Positions 1 through 8,814 of a stretch of 64,000 nucleotides of DNA are shown here, piece by piece. This DNA is from Candidatus Magasanikbacteria bacterium CG1_02_32_51 (lineage in GTDB: Bacteria > Patescibacteriota > Patescibacteriia > Magasanikbacterales > UBA922). The stretch is taken from contig MNVC01000019.1 of assembly GCA_001871435.1 (NCBI GenBank), positions 218 to 64,217 on the forward strand. The letters run 5' to 3'. How positions within the stretch are numbered: the first letter of the stretch is position 1; every line of letters begins with the position of its first letter. Under the pieces are notes generated by a model. It was not told the origin of the DNA. It was given only the letters and a program-made list of their open reading frames with translations, and did not search any database. Made by a program: the position numbers and the translations under genes.

Positions 1-63
1 ATTAATTCTTAACACTGTTGCGTTAGAAGTTGGGGACTACCTTATATATTATTTTTCAATTTT

Positions 64-177
64 AATGAACTACCTCGCAGCATCGTGCCCAAGGCTGATC
101 AGTCCTCTGGCTGAAGCTGACGAGGTATTAAACCTTGTCCGCCTTGCCGTGCACGCCTTGGGCTGTGGGCGGATTAA
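64..177. repeat. GC-rich structured repeat element, copy A (in the + sense upstream of ligT-like gene); 114 bp, inverted relative to copy B at 7580-7693
   Basis: Read directly. gaactacctcgcagcatcgtgcccaaggctgatcagtcctctggctgaagctgacgaggtattaaaccttgtccgccttgccgtgcacgccttgggctgtgggcggattaa is the reverse complement of 7580-7693 with 2-3 mismatches. About 60% GC in a 28% GC background. Internal helices are cctcgcagc/gctgacgagg, gcccaagg/ccttgggc and tccgcc/ggcgga. Confidence 0.85.
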
Positions 178-203
178 ACTTTGTATCTGTGTAATAAACT
201 TTT

Positions 204-767
204 ATGAAACAACGTATATTTATAGCTTTTAGAATAAAAAATGAAGAAATAATAGAAGAATTAAAAGAAATACAAACAAAATTGAAGAATCTAAACAAAA
301 AGGCTCATATCATTTGGACAAAATCAAAAGCTTTTCATATTACTTTGGAATTTTTAGGTGAGATAAATGAAGTACAATTGTCCAAAGTAAAAGAGATTGT
401 CTTGATTATTGCCAACAAATATCATGATTTTAAATTTTGGTTAAATAATTTGAGTGGATTTCCAAGTCAAACTCAGTCCAAAATAATTACCATGCATGTA
501 GAAGGGGAGAAAAGACTGGCTACTTCTCTACAAGAGGATTTAGTATTTGCTCTCAAAGAAAGTGGTTTGATAAAAGAGATCCAGCCATGGATAGCACATA
601 TTACTTTGGGACGAAATAGTGGAGAACACCAAATGCTTGGTTATGATACTATAAGTTTTGAAAAAAAAGTTTTTGAAATTAAAACAATTGAAATTATTAG
701 AAGTGATTCAAAATTTGGTGGGTCTAAGTATAGTATTTTAGAAAGTTATGACTTAAATGGTAAATAA
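204..767 (+). CDS. 2H phosphoesterase family protein (RNA 2',3'-cyclic phosphodiesterase ThpR/LigT-like)
   Basis: Two H-x-T-x motifs (HITLEFLG and HITLGR) at the spacing typical of the 2H/LigT family; 187 aa. Confidence 0.65.
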   Translation: MKQRIFIAFRIKNEEIIEELKEIQTKLKNLNKKAHIIWTKSKAFHITLEFLGEINEVQLSKVKEIVLIIANKYHDFKFWLNNLSGFPSQTQSKIITMHVEGEKRLATSLQEDLVFALKESGLIKEIQPWIAHITLGRNSGEHQMLGYDTISFEKKVFEIKTIEIIRSDSKFGGSKYSILESYDLNGK

Positions 768-1536
768 TTATATGTTTGACAGTGTCAAAATTTTGGGTAT
801 AAAAATAAGTAAACTAAACAAAAAAGAAAGTCTAGAATTGGTGTCTAACTTTTTAGTTTTGCAAGGTCAATATAAAATCTTTACCCCTAATCCAGAAATG
901 TTGGTAGATGCTAGAAAAGATAGTTATTTTCGTAAAGTATTGAACAATTCTGATCTCAATATTTGTGATGGACATGGTATTAAATTTCTTTCCAAAGAAA
1001 AAATTACTGTAATTTCTGGAGTTGATTTTATGCTAGATATTTGTAAAATAGCTGAACAAGAAAAGTATTCAATTTTTTTACTAGGTTCTGGCTCAGATAT
1101 TGTTTTAGAAAAATTACAAAAAAAATTACAAAATAGTTTTCCAAAATTAAAAATTGTTGGTTCTAATCCCGGTTTGAAAATTGATCTAAAATTAGAAGAA
1201 GACAAAGTTTCTTTAGATTTTGATAAGTCCAAAAATGAAGAAATTATAAAAAACATAAATGAGAGTAATGCCAGTATTTTATTTGTAGCTTTTGGACACA
1301 ACAAACAGGAAAAGTGGATTTATGAAAATTTGCAAAATTTACCAAAAGTAAAATTAGCTATGGGTGTTGGTGGTTCATTTGATTTTATTTCTGGTAAAAT
1401 AAAACGTGCTCCCAAATTTTTGCAAAGATTTGGATTAGAATGGTTTTATAGACTTATTATTCAGCCAAAAAGATTTATGAGAATTTTGAAAGCCACAATA
1501 ATTTTTACTTATTTTAAAATAACCAACAATAAATAA
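757..1536 (+). CDS. WecB/TagA/CpsF family glycosyltransferase (N-acetylmannosaminyltransferase-like)
   Basis: KIFTPNPEMLV, CDGHG and a C-terminal FGLEWFYRLIIQPKR motif typical of the WecG/TagA family. It carries an internal insertion of about 40 aa. Confidence 0.7.
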   Translation: MVNNYMFDSVKILGIKISKLNKKESLELVSNFLVLQGQYKIFTPNPEMLVDARKDSYFRKVLNNSDLNICDGHGIKFLSKEKITVISGVDFMLDICKIAEQEKYSIFLLGSGSDIVLEKLQKKLQNSFPKLKIVGSNPGLKIDLKLEEDKVSLDFDKSKNEEIIKNINESNASILFVAFGHNKQEKWIYENLQNLPKVKLAMGVGGSFDFISGKIKRAPKFLQRFGLEWFYRLIIQPKRFMRILKATIIFTYFKITNNK

Positions 1537-1543
1537 TAAAAAT

Positions 1544-2305
1544 ATGCTAGAAAAATCAGTCTTAAAACACTTAACCAAGCTAAAATTAAAAAAAAATCGT
1601 AAAGAAGAATTAGAATTCGTAGTAGAAGGATTAAAAGGAGTAAATGATGCTCTTACATCTGCAATGGAAGTAATACTTGTAGTAATAGACGGCAAACTAC
1701 GTGATGAAAAAGATTTTGTAGATATAATCAAAAAAGCAGAAAATAAAGGTGTTGCTGTTACTTATTGTGGTAGACAAGATATTGATAAAATAAAAGACAC
1801 TGAAACTTTTTCAGGTATTTTGGCTGTAATAGCTCAAAGAAATAGCACTTTAGATAACTTTGATGATGGTCCAATAATTTGCTTGGAGGATATCAATGAC
1901 CCTGGAAACTTGGGAACTATTATTCGTACAGCTGATTGGTTTGGCTTTAAGAATATTTTGTTGTCGTCTGATACAGTGGATGTCTATAATCCCAAAACTG
2001 TTCGTAGTACTATGGGTTCTGTTTTTCATTTAAACTTTTTTAAGACTGCTAATTTGTTTCAAACACTAGAAAAAATAAAAAAAGAGTATGAATACAAATT
2101 GTATGCATTAGATCTAAATGGTGAAGATTATAAGAAAATTAAATCAGAGAATAAGGTTGTTTATATTTTTGGTAGTGAATCACATGGTATTAGTCCAGAT
2201 ATTGAAAAAATTGTGGATAAGAGTTATACTATCCCAGGTCAAGGAAAAGCTGAATCTCTAAATGTAGCTGTTTCGGCGGCTATAATAATGTCACATCTAA
2301 GTTAA
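1544..2305 (+). CDS. TrmH/SpoU family RNA 2'-O-methyltransferase
   Basis: SPOUT C-terminal motifs (IFGSESHGIS and ESLNVAVSAAIIM) plus an N-terminal substrate-binding domain. Confidence 0.75.
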   Translation: MLEKSVLKHLTKLKLKKNRKEELEFVVEGLKGVNDALTSAMEVILVVIDGKLRDEKDFVDIIKKAENKGVAVTYCGRQDIDKIKDTETFSGILAVIAQRNSTLDNFDDGPIICLEDINDPGNLGTIIRTADWFGFKNILLSSDTVDVYNPKTVRSTMGSVFHLNFFKTANLFQTLEKIKKEYEYKLYALDLNGEDYKKIKSENKVVYIFGSESHGISPDIEKIVDKSYTIPGQGKAESLNVAVSAAIIMSHLS

Positions 2306-2309
2306 TTTT

Positions 2310-3767
2310 ATGATTAAATCTCGTTTTGCTCCAAGTCCAACTGGCTATCTTCATATTGGTAGTTTGCGTACAGCTCTTTTTGCTTATCTTTTTGCTAAGA
2401 AAAAAAATGGTCAGTTTTTGCTTCGTATTGAAGATACTGATAGAGAGCGCTTTGTGGAAGGATCTCTAAAAAATATTTTAGATTCTTTTGCTTGGGTAAA
2501 TATTGTTATTGATGAGGGTGTAATTTTAGAAAATGATAATATTATTCAAAAAGGTGAAAATGGACCGTATATTCAATCAGAAAGATTAGATATTTATCAA
2601 AAGTATATTAAAGAATTATTAGAAAAAAATAATGCTTATTATTGTTTTTGCAGTAAAGAAAGATTGGATGAAATGCGGGCTATACAAGAAGCAAATAAAC
2701 ATGCCACAGGTTATGATGGATATTGTCGTAATTTGAGTAAAGACGAAGTAGCACAAAAATTAGCAAAAAATGAAAAATTTGTTATTAGAATGAAAATGCC
2801 AGATAATGGTTTGACTGTGCTGGAAGATATGATAAGAGGAAAAGTTGAGTTTAAAAATGAACTTTTTGATGATCAAGTACTTATCAAGTCTGATGGGTTT
2901 CCAACATATCACTTTGCTGTAGTAGTAGATGATCATTTGATGGGAATTACCCATGTTATTCGAGCAGAGGAGTGGTTACCTAGTACTCCAAAGCATGTAG
3001 TGCTTTATCACATGTTTGGTTGGAAAGTACCTCAATTTGCGCACTTATCTTTGTTGATAAATGAAAAAAAACAAAAATTATCCAAAAGAAATGGTGATGT
3101 TTCTGTAGTTGATTATGTCAAAAAAGGTTATTTGCCAGAAGCTTTTGTAAATTTTATTGCCTTTTTAGGTTGGAATCCAGGAGATGATAGAGAATTTTTT
3201 AGTATGTCTGAACTAGAAAAAGAATTTGATTTTGCCAAAGTTGGTAAGGCTCCGGCAGTATTCAATTTAGAAAAATTAAATTGGTACAACAAACAATACA
3301 TCATGAAAATGTCTGCTGTTGAACTATCAGAAAGATGTAGAAGTTTTTATGCAGAAAAAAATGTTGATATTAAAGACTTTGATTTGACTAGAGTTGTAGC
3401 ATTAGAGCAGGGGAGGGCTAATACACTTTTAGAGATTGTTGAAAATACTAGTTTTATTTTTTCTGAAAATATTTACGAAGCAGATTTGTTGGTTTGGAAA
3501 AAATCAGATAAAATAAAAACCAAAGAAAATTTACAATTAACTTTGAATTTTCTGCAAGATTTTTCAGGTGTTTGGAGCAGGGAAGAGTTGGAAGTAGGTG
3601 TATTGGCTTGGATAAAGGATAAGGGTTTGGGTAATGGTGATGTTTTATGGCCGATGCGGGTTGCTTTGTCTGGTTTGAATAATTCTCCAGGACCTTTAGA
3701 AATTGCTGGTGTGCTTGGTAAAGAAAAAACTTTAGCAAGAATAAAAATAGCTGTAGATAAAATTTAG
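2310..3767 (+). CDS. gltX: glutamyl-tRNA synthetase
   Basis: Class I motifs: PSPTGYLHIGSLRTALF (HIGH region) and KLSKR (KMSKS); 485 aa. Confidence 0.9.
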   Translation: MIKSRFAPSPTGYLHIGSLRTALFAYLFAKKKNGQFLLRIEDTDRERFVEGSLKNILDSFAWVNIVIDEGVILENDNIIQKGENGPYIQSERLDIYQKYIKELLEKNNAYYCFCSKERLDEMRAIQEANKHATGYDGYCRNLSKDEVAQKLAKNEKFVIRMKMPDNGLTVLEDMIRGKVEFKNELFDDQVLIKSDGFPTYHFAVVVDDHLMGITHVIRAEEWLPSTPKHVVLYHMFGWKVPQFAHLSLLINEKKQKLSKRNGDVSVVDYVKKGYLPEAFVNFIAFLGWNPGDDREFFSMSELEKEFDFAKVGKAPAVFNLEKLNWYNKQYIMKMSAVELSERCRSFYAEKNVDIKDFDLTRVVALEQGRANTLLEIVENTSFIFSENIYEADLLVWKKSDKIKTKENLQLTLNFLQDFSGVWSREELEVGVLAWIKDKGLGNGDVLWPMRVALSGLNNSPGPLEIAGVLGKEKTLARIKIAVDKI

Positions 3768-3793
3768 AACTTTTTTGAAAAACATGCTATAAT
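3765..3793 (+). promoter_or_regulatory. extended -10 promoter (TGcTATAAT) only 9 nt before the ATG of the M23 peptidase gene; possible leaderless or near-leaderless mRNA
   Basis: TG at 3785-3786, TATAAT at 3788-3793, ATG at 3803. Confidence 0.35.
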
Positions 3794-3802
3794 AGTTTTA
3801 CT

Positions 3803-5062
3803 ATGAAAAAGCGTGTTTTTTTATTTATTTTCATTTTAATAACGGTTTCTTTGACTAACCCTTTTTTTGTTTTTACAACCACTGATACAGAACTGGCTAG
3901 TAACAAAAATGAAATAGACGATTTGAATAATCAAATAGCCCAAAAGAAAAACAAAATAGCCGAATTGGAAAAAACTATTGCTGATTATAAAGCTAAAATA
4001 GAAACAACTAGATTGGAATCGAAATCTTTATCAAATCAACTTTCTATTTTGGATAACTATATTATACAGGTTGATTTGGATATTCAGGCTACACAAGAAA
4101 AAATAGATGCTACAGGTTTAGAAATTAAAGGATTGGATTTATCTATAGCAGACAAAGAAACTACAATTGCTAAACAACAAAGATTATTATCAGGTCTTAT
4201 CAGGACTATTTATTATGAAAATAATAAAAAATATATTGAGGTAATGGCTGCTTATGCTAATTTTTCTGATTTTTATAATCGTGTTCATTATGTTCAAAGT
4301 TTAGAAGAAAATCTTGGTAAGAGTGCCAAAACTATCAGAATAGCTAAAGAAGAATTACAAACCAAAAAACAACAAAGGGAAGAACAACAGACAAGTTATC
4401 AAAATTTGAAAGTTACACTAGATAATAAGAAAAAAGATTTACAAGAACAAATCAAATTTAAAGAAGATCTTTTGTTACAAACTAAGTCTTCTGAGTCTAA
4501 ATACAATACTTTAGTACAGAATTTAAGAAATCAATATAGTCAAATCGAAAATGAAATTACTAGTTTTGAAAGTCAAGTAAGAAAGAAACTAGAAGAACAG
4601 AACAAAATTACTGAAGGTGGTAATCCACAACAAAATGGTCTCTTACCATTGTCTTGGCCGACTCAAAGTCGTTATATTACTGCTTATTTTCATGATGAAA
4701 ATTATCCATATAGAAATATCTTTGAGCATCCTGCTATTGATATTAGAGCTGCTCATGGAACCGCTATACGAGCTACGGCTTCTGGTTATATTGCTCGTGC
4801 TAGAATTTGTACTACTGCTAGTTGTTATGCTTATGTGATGATTATTCATTCTGATGGATTTTCTACTGTATATGGACATTTGAGTAATATTGTGGTGTCT
4901 GCTGATCAATTTGTAACCCGTGGAGATATAATTGGTTATTCTGGAGCCACACCAGGCACTGTTGGTGCTGGTCCATTTACTACAGGGCCTCATTTGCATT
5001 TTGAAGTTCGTAAAGATGGTATTCCTGTAAATGCATTAAACTATTTAGAAAAAGATTATTAA
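3803..5062 (+). CDS. secreted coiled-coil M23 family metallopeptidase (EnvC/NlpD-like)
   Basis: N-terminal signal/TM, a long coiled-coil region, and a C-terminal M23 domain (HxxxD-like region and HLHFEV). Confidence 0.75.
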   Translation: MKKRVFLFIFILITVSLTNPFFVFTTTDTELASNKNEIDDLNNQIAQKKNKIAELEKTIADYKAKIETTRLESKSLSNQLSILDNYIIQVDLDIQATQEKIDATGLEIKGLDLSIADKETTIAKQQRLLSGLIRTIYYENNKKYIEVMAAYANFSDFYNRVHYVQSLEENLGKSAKTIRIAKEELQTKKQQREEQQTSYQNLKVTLDNKKKDLQEQIKFKEDLLLQTKSSESKYNTLVQNLRNQYSQIENEITSFESQVRKKLEEQNKITEGGNPQQNGLLPLSWPTQSRYITAYFHDENYPYRNIFEHPAIDIRAAHGTAIRATASGYIARARICTTASCYAYVMIIHSDGFSTVYGHLSNIVVSADQFVTRGDIIGYSGATPGTVGAGPFTTGPHLHFEVRKDGIPVNALNYLEKDY

Positions 5063-5065
5063 TCT

Positions 5066-5623
5066 ATGAAATTTGATAAAAATAATTTGTTTTTTAGTGA
5101 TAATATTATTTTTTTTGATACAGAATTTACTAATATTGATAGTGAAATTGGTGAAATAATGTCTATTGGTCTTGTCAAACCAAATGGTGAAGAATTATAT
5201 CTAGAATTAGTTTATGATAATAAAACTGTTCATCCTTGGGTTACAGAAAATGTAATCCCTTTTTTGTTAGGTAACAAAATCAGTAAAGAAAAAGCTATAA
5301 AAAAAATTTGGGATTTCATTGGTAGGGGAGAAGATAAGCCTTTTCTTATGGCTTATGTCAATCAATTTGATAGTATTTATTGGTATAGACTTTTTGCTGA
5401 TCCAAAAGATCATCCAGTATTTTGGATACCAATTGATTTTGCTTCTATTTTGTTTGCTTTTGGTTTCAATCCAGAGATAATGAGGGTAGGGGACTTCTTT
5501 GATTGGTTAGATATAGATTTGCAAAAATATAAAAAACACAATGCTTTGGAAGATGCTAAAATGTTAAAAGAAGTTTATGATAAATTTAAAGAAAAAGTAT
5601 TAGTGTCGCACAATGTAGAGTAG
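5066..5623 (+). CDS. DEDDh-family 3'-5' exonuclease (oligoribonuclease/RNase T-like)
   Basis: Exo I FFDTEFT, Exo II AYVNQFD, Exo III HNALEDAKML (H-x4-D). Confidence 0.6.
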   Translation: MKFDKNNLFFSDNIIFFDTEFTNIDSEIGEIMSIGLVKPNGEELYLELVYDNKTVHPWVTENVIPFLLGNKISKEKAIKKIWDFIGRGEDKPFLMAYVNQFDSIYWYRLFADPKDHPVFWIPIDFASILFAFGFNPEIMRVGDFFDWLDIDLQKYKKHNALEDAKMLKEVYDKFKEKVLVSHNVE

Positions 5624-5643
5624 TATTTTTACCAAATTGAAAA

Positions 5644-5680
5644 AAAGAGTAAATATCTTTTCAATATTTACTCTTTTTAA
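5644..5680 (+). terminator. intrinsic terminator after the exonuclease gene
   Basis: Perfect inverted repeat aagagtaaatat / atatttactctt with an 8-nt loop, followed by a T run. Confidence 0.55.
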
Positions 5681-5693
5681 ATTAACATTTATA

Positions 5694-5770
5694 ATTTAGG
5701 AATTTAGAAATTTTCAATTTTAATTTGTCCGCCTAGGGTGGAAACAATTTTCAATTTAAAAATTTCAAAA
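5694..5770. repeat. degenerate member of the modular repeat family (AT-rich leader ttaggaatttagaaattttcaattttaat plus GC piece gtccgcctagggtggaaac)
   Basis: Shares ttaggaatttagRaatttt with 55483-55505 and ttttcaattttaat with 48-63; gtccgcc also occurs inside the 114-bp element. Confidence 0.5.
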
Positions 5771-6438
5771 TTAATTTAAATTCATAAAAATACTTACCAA
5801 TTGTTGATGTCAAAAGTGGGTATAGAACAAAGTAGGATACTCACTGCGAAAAGTTGTAGAAAAAGTCGATACTCTATACCTTTAGTTTTGAACCCACTTT
5901 TTGTGGTGTCGCAAAATATAGAGAATAGTGGCTAAACCTAGCCAAAAAGTAGGTAAGTGAAGTGGGTGTTACCTAAGCTATAAATAACCATTAAAGCTAG
6001 CTAAGATTATTATAAATAATTAGAACAATTATATATTAATATTTTTTTGAACAATTTATTAGTGGGTATATACTGTATTGTAAAAAGAATAAAGTGATGT
6101 AAATTAGATACTGAAACTAATCTTCATTTTAGTCAGAATAAGCCTTAGTGTCGCATAAGATACATTGTGCGACATTGTATCAAATAAGGTTTTTGATACT
6201 CTTTTCTATTACTCCCCTATTTTTTTCTTTTATTTTTATAAAAAAATAAACATCCAAAAAATGTTTATTTAAAAAAACAATAAATAAAAAAGTAGCAATG
6301 GTGGTTAGACAGAATTTGACGTTTAGGTTTTTTAATCCTGTCTAAACACCTCGGCGTCCCCCCCCTCTTTTGAAGGATCAAACGTACCATTCATTATCTA
6401 TTTAACTACTTTAAAAAGATCATGCCAATTATGTGTGG

Positions 6439-7485
6439 CTATTTCCAATATATTCTATCTGGGTATCTCAAATCTATGTAATTCAAAAAAATATTATTAT
6501 CTATTTTTTCTTTATATAAAGAGTTTAATTTATTTATTTGGGCAGTCACTTCCCTATCAAAACGTGTCTTGATATAAAATCCTTTGTAAGTTTTTATTGT
6601 TAGATCTTGTTTGTTATCTTCAAAGATAAAATATTTTAAAGGAATTTTTTCATTATTATCAAGTTGTTTGAACCAATTTATTAATATAATTACTTCTGCT
6701 TTATCCAAAACATTCTCATTTATATTTACCTCTTGTATATTATTTTTATCATAAATAATGGGATAATTGCCTAAATCTTTTTTTATAGTAGCAATATCTG
6801 GTTCATGCAATTTACCTACTACAATTGTGGTAGTAATACTTTCTCCAGTAATAGTGGTTGTAACTACTTTTTGAGTAATATCTTTCCACTCATAATCACT
6901 TATCTTTCGCATTATTTCTACTATCTTTCCATCTAGATCTACATAGCTATATTCTAAACCATTGTCATAGATAATAGTAGAAATTTTTTCTTGAATAATT
7001 ATAGACAATTTGTTGGGAAAACTTTTTTTGACAATAATTTTTTCAATTGGGTATCTTTCTTTTAAGACGTCTTTTATTTCATTTACATTGGAAAAAACAT
7101 AACTATTTTCTCTTATTAAACCTAATTTTTTATAATTGAGAATACCATTTATTGTTTCCAATAAATCTATTTTTTTTATTCTTTGTAATCCTTCTATTTG
7201 TATATCATTTATATTAAAGAAAGGATGAAAAACAAAGACTGAAAAAATAGTTAGAATGCTTATAATTATAATAAAAAGATTTAAATATATTAGTTTTTTA
7301 CTAGCCTTTTCATGAATAAAAGGGTTCTCTATTTCTCTACCTTGCCAAGCAAAATCGCGTCTAGTTTTTTTGGAGTTAAAAAAATAATTAAAAATTTTTT
7401 TTGTACTTTTTACTTTATTATTGAACTTTCTTTGTAATTTGTGATGGTTTATTATTTTTTTGATTGGCACAGGCTTTTTACACAA
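6439..7485 (-). CDS. ftsQ: cell division protein FtsQ/DivIB-like (POTRA domain); non-ATG (TTG) start as called
   Basis: Basic cytoplasmic N-terminus, a single TM, then a POTRA-like INDIQIEGLQRIKKIDLLETIN segment. There is no Met in the first 100 aa, so an alternative start codon is likely. Confidence 0.5.
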   Translation of the reverse strand: MCKKPVPIKKIINHHKLQRKFNNKVKSTKKIFNYFFNSKKTRRDFAWQGREIENPFIHEKASKKLIYLNLFIIIISILTIFSVFVFHPFFNINDIQIEGLQRIKKIDLLETINGILNYKKLGLIRENSYVFSNVNEIKDVLKERYPIEKIIVKKSFPNKLSIIIQEKISTIIYDNGLEYSYVDLDGKIVEIMRKISDYEWKDITQKVVTTTITGESITTTIVVGKLHEPDIATIKKDLGNYPIIYDKNNIQEVNINENVLDKAEVIILINWFKQLDNNEKIPLKYFIFEDNKQDLTIKTYKGFYIKTRFDREVTAQINKLNSLYKEKIDNNIFLNYIDLRYPDRIYWK

Positions 7486-7494
7486 TCCTGAAGC

Positions 7495-7530
7495 CGGCGA
7501 AGCACGGCGTAGGATCTTTCTTAAAGTATA
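7495..7530 (-). promoter_or_regulatory. start-codon-abutting GC hairpin motif (member 1 of 5), upstream of ftsQ
   Basis: In mRNA sense: gaucc-uacgccgugcuucgccggcuuc-aggau, immediately 5' of the start. Near-identical to 14703-14738. Confidence 0.5.
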
Positions 7531-7579
7531 TTTTTTAGTAAATTTTTGCTATGTTATAAATAATTATTTTGTTTGGCAG

Positions 7580-7693
7580 ATTAATCCGCCCACAGCCCAA
7601 GGCGTGCACGGCAAGGCGGACAAGGTTTAATTCCTCGTCAGCTTCAGCCAGAGGACTGATCAGCCTTGGGCACGATGCTGCTAGGTAGTTCAT
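7580..7693. repeat. GC-rich structured repeat element, copy B (inverted; in the sense orientation of, and upstream of, ftsQ)
   Basis: Reverse complement of 64-177 at about 98% identity. Confidence 0.85.
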
Positions 7694-7786
7694 TTATAAA
7701 TGTTTTTAAGCAGGAAACCTGTCTGCCGACAGGCAAGGATCCCTCATTCAATTTCTTCGTACCTCAGAAATTTCTTTCAGGATAAA

Positions 7787-8812
7787 TTAAAAACCACGTT
7801 TTTTGTTTCTGATAGTTTCAATAACCCAAGTAATCCAATACTTTGGTGAAATTACAAAATCTTGACAAGGTAATAAATTTTTTTGAAAACCACCAAAACC
7901 TTTTTTAAAGTGCGTAATACCTTTGAAAGGATGACTAATAGGAGCATCATTTGGTGCTATTCCCCAAAAATTGTAATACTTCATTCCCCTATTTTTGGCT
8001 TCTTGAATAGCTTTCCATTGTAAGAGATAAGAAGTTGGTATTTTTTTATCTTGATTTAATGAAGCACCATGACGATAAGCTGCAGAATTGCCATAAAAAT
8101 AAACAACTGCTGATGAGTCTAATTTGGGATTATTAGATAAATAAGCCTTTAAAACAGATACTTCGTCATCTTTTTGAAAAGCAACAAATTCTTTTTCAAC
8201 ATAAAAATTGGAAAAACGTGTAAAATTATGTTTCTTGGCTGTATAATCATGCAAAACATTGAATTCTTCCAAAGCTTTTTTATCATTAGAAAAAACAATT
8301 TTTACTTTTTCTCTAAGACATCTATTGATTAGATTACGATGATTTTTGTTCATGTTGACTAATATTTCTTCCTCACTTTTTTCTAGATCCAAAAGCCAAG
8401 TTATCTCAGCCAAAACATGAGTAGGAGATTTTCTAAAACCAATGTTTTTGTAAGTATTTCTAGTTTCTTCTGTATCATCTATAAAAGGAGAAACTCTAAT
8501 AAAATTATAATATTCTTTTTTGGCTTTCTCCTCTAAAAAATTTATAAATAATTTTAAAATGTTTTCATAATCTTTACTAATTACAGGTCCATAAGGCGCA
8601 AAAAGAAAATTACCACGTTTGGCGTGTACACTCAAAATCAAACTGCCAGCAATCAATTTATCAGATTCATATATACCTATGAGCCATTGCTTTTCATTTA
8701 TAGATTCATAAAATTCACCATACTTGTAAGACTGTGTCATAAGCACGAATTTTTGTTGTGAAAGAAATTGTTCCCATTCTTCTTTATTTTGTATTTCTTT
8801 TACTTTGTACAT
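7787..8812 (-). CDS. FemAB family peptidoglycan bridge aminoacyltransferase, paralog 2
   Basis: GNAT-like FemAB architecture; FKKGFGG motif near the C-terminus; 341 aa. Confidence 0.65.
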   Translation of the reverse strand: MYKVKEIQNKEEWEQFLSQQKFVLMTQSYKYGEFYESINEKQWLIGIYESDKLIAGSLILSVHAKRGNFLFAPYGPVISKDYENILKLFINFLEEKAKKEYYNFIRVSPFIDDTEETRNTYKNIGFRKSPTHVLAEITWLLDLEKSEEEILVNMNKNHRNLINRCLREKVKIVFSNDKKALEEFNVLHDYTAKKHNFTRFSNFYVEKEFVAFQKDDEVSVLKAYLSNNPKLDSSAVVYFYGNSAAYRHGASLNQDKKIPTSYLLQWKAIQEAKNRGMKYYNFWGIAPNDAPISHPFKGITHFKKGFGGFQKNLLPCQDFVISPKYWITWVIETIRNKKRGF

Positions 8813-8814
8813 AA

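Noticed and set aside
100-135. Hammerhead-ribozyme-like core (CUGACGAGG) inside the 114-bp repeat
   Set aside because: A CUGANGA box is present, but there is no correctly placed GAAA or cleavage-site helix III, and stem II geometry does not fit; chance match.
924-1304. Antisense or overlapping ORFs inside confident genes (924-1304, 1435-1731, 2760-2954, 3454-3738, 4617-4999, 9290-9520, 10390-10740, 11611-11922, 15508-15918, 17069-17257, 19154-19336, 21493-21711, 28505-28690, 29175-29686, 32759-33274, 33434-33721, 36559-37178, 38486-38964, 39225-39853, 42236-43312, 43554-44199, 44346-44765, 44960-45154, 45618-45815, 47266-47448, 49652-49945, 53391-53648, 54246-54440, 59108-59290, 61739-62107, 62781-63183)
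   Set aside because: All overlap longer ORFs that have clear family signatures on the other strand or frame. Their low-complexity K/N/I/F-rich translations are typical of AT-rich antisense frames.
6359-6365. C7 homopolymer as a phase-variation tract
   Set aside because: It is intergenic (downstream of ftsQ) and only 7 nt long, with no obvious promoter-spacing role. It is noted only as part of the hairpin-rich ORF-free region.
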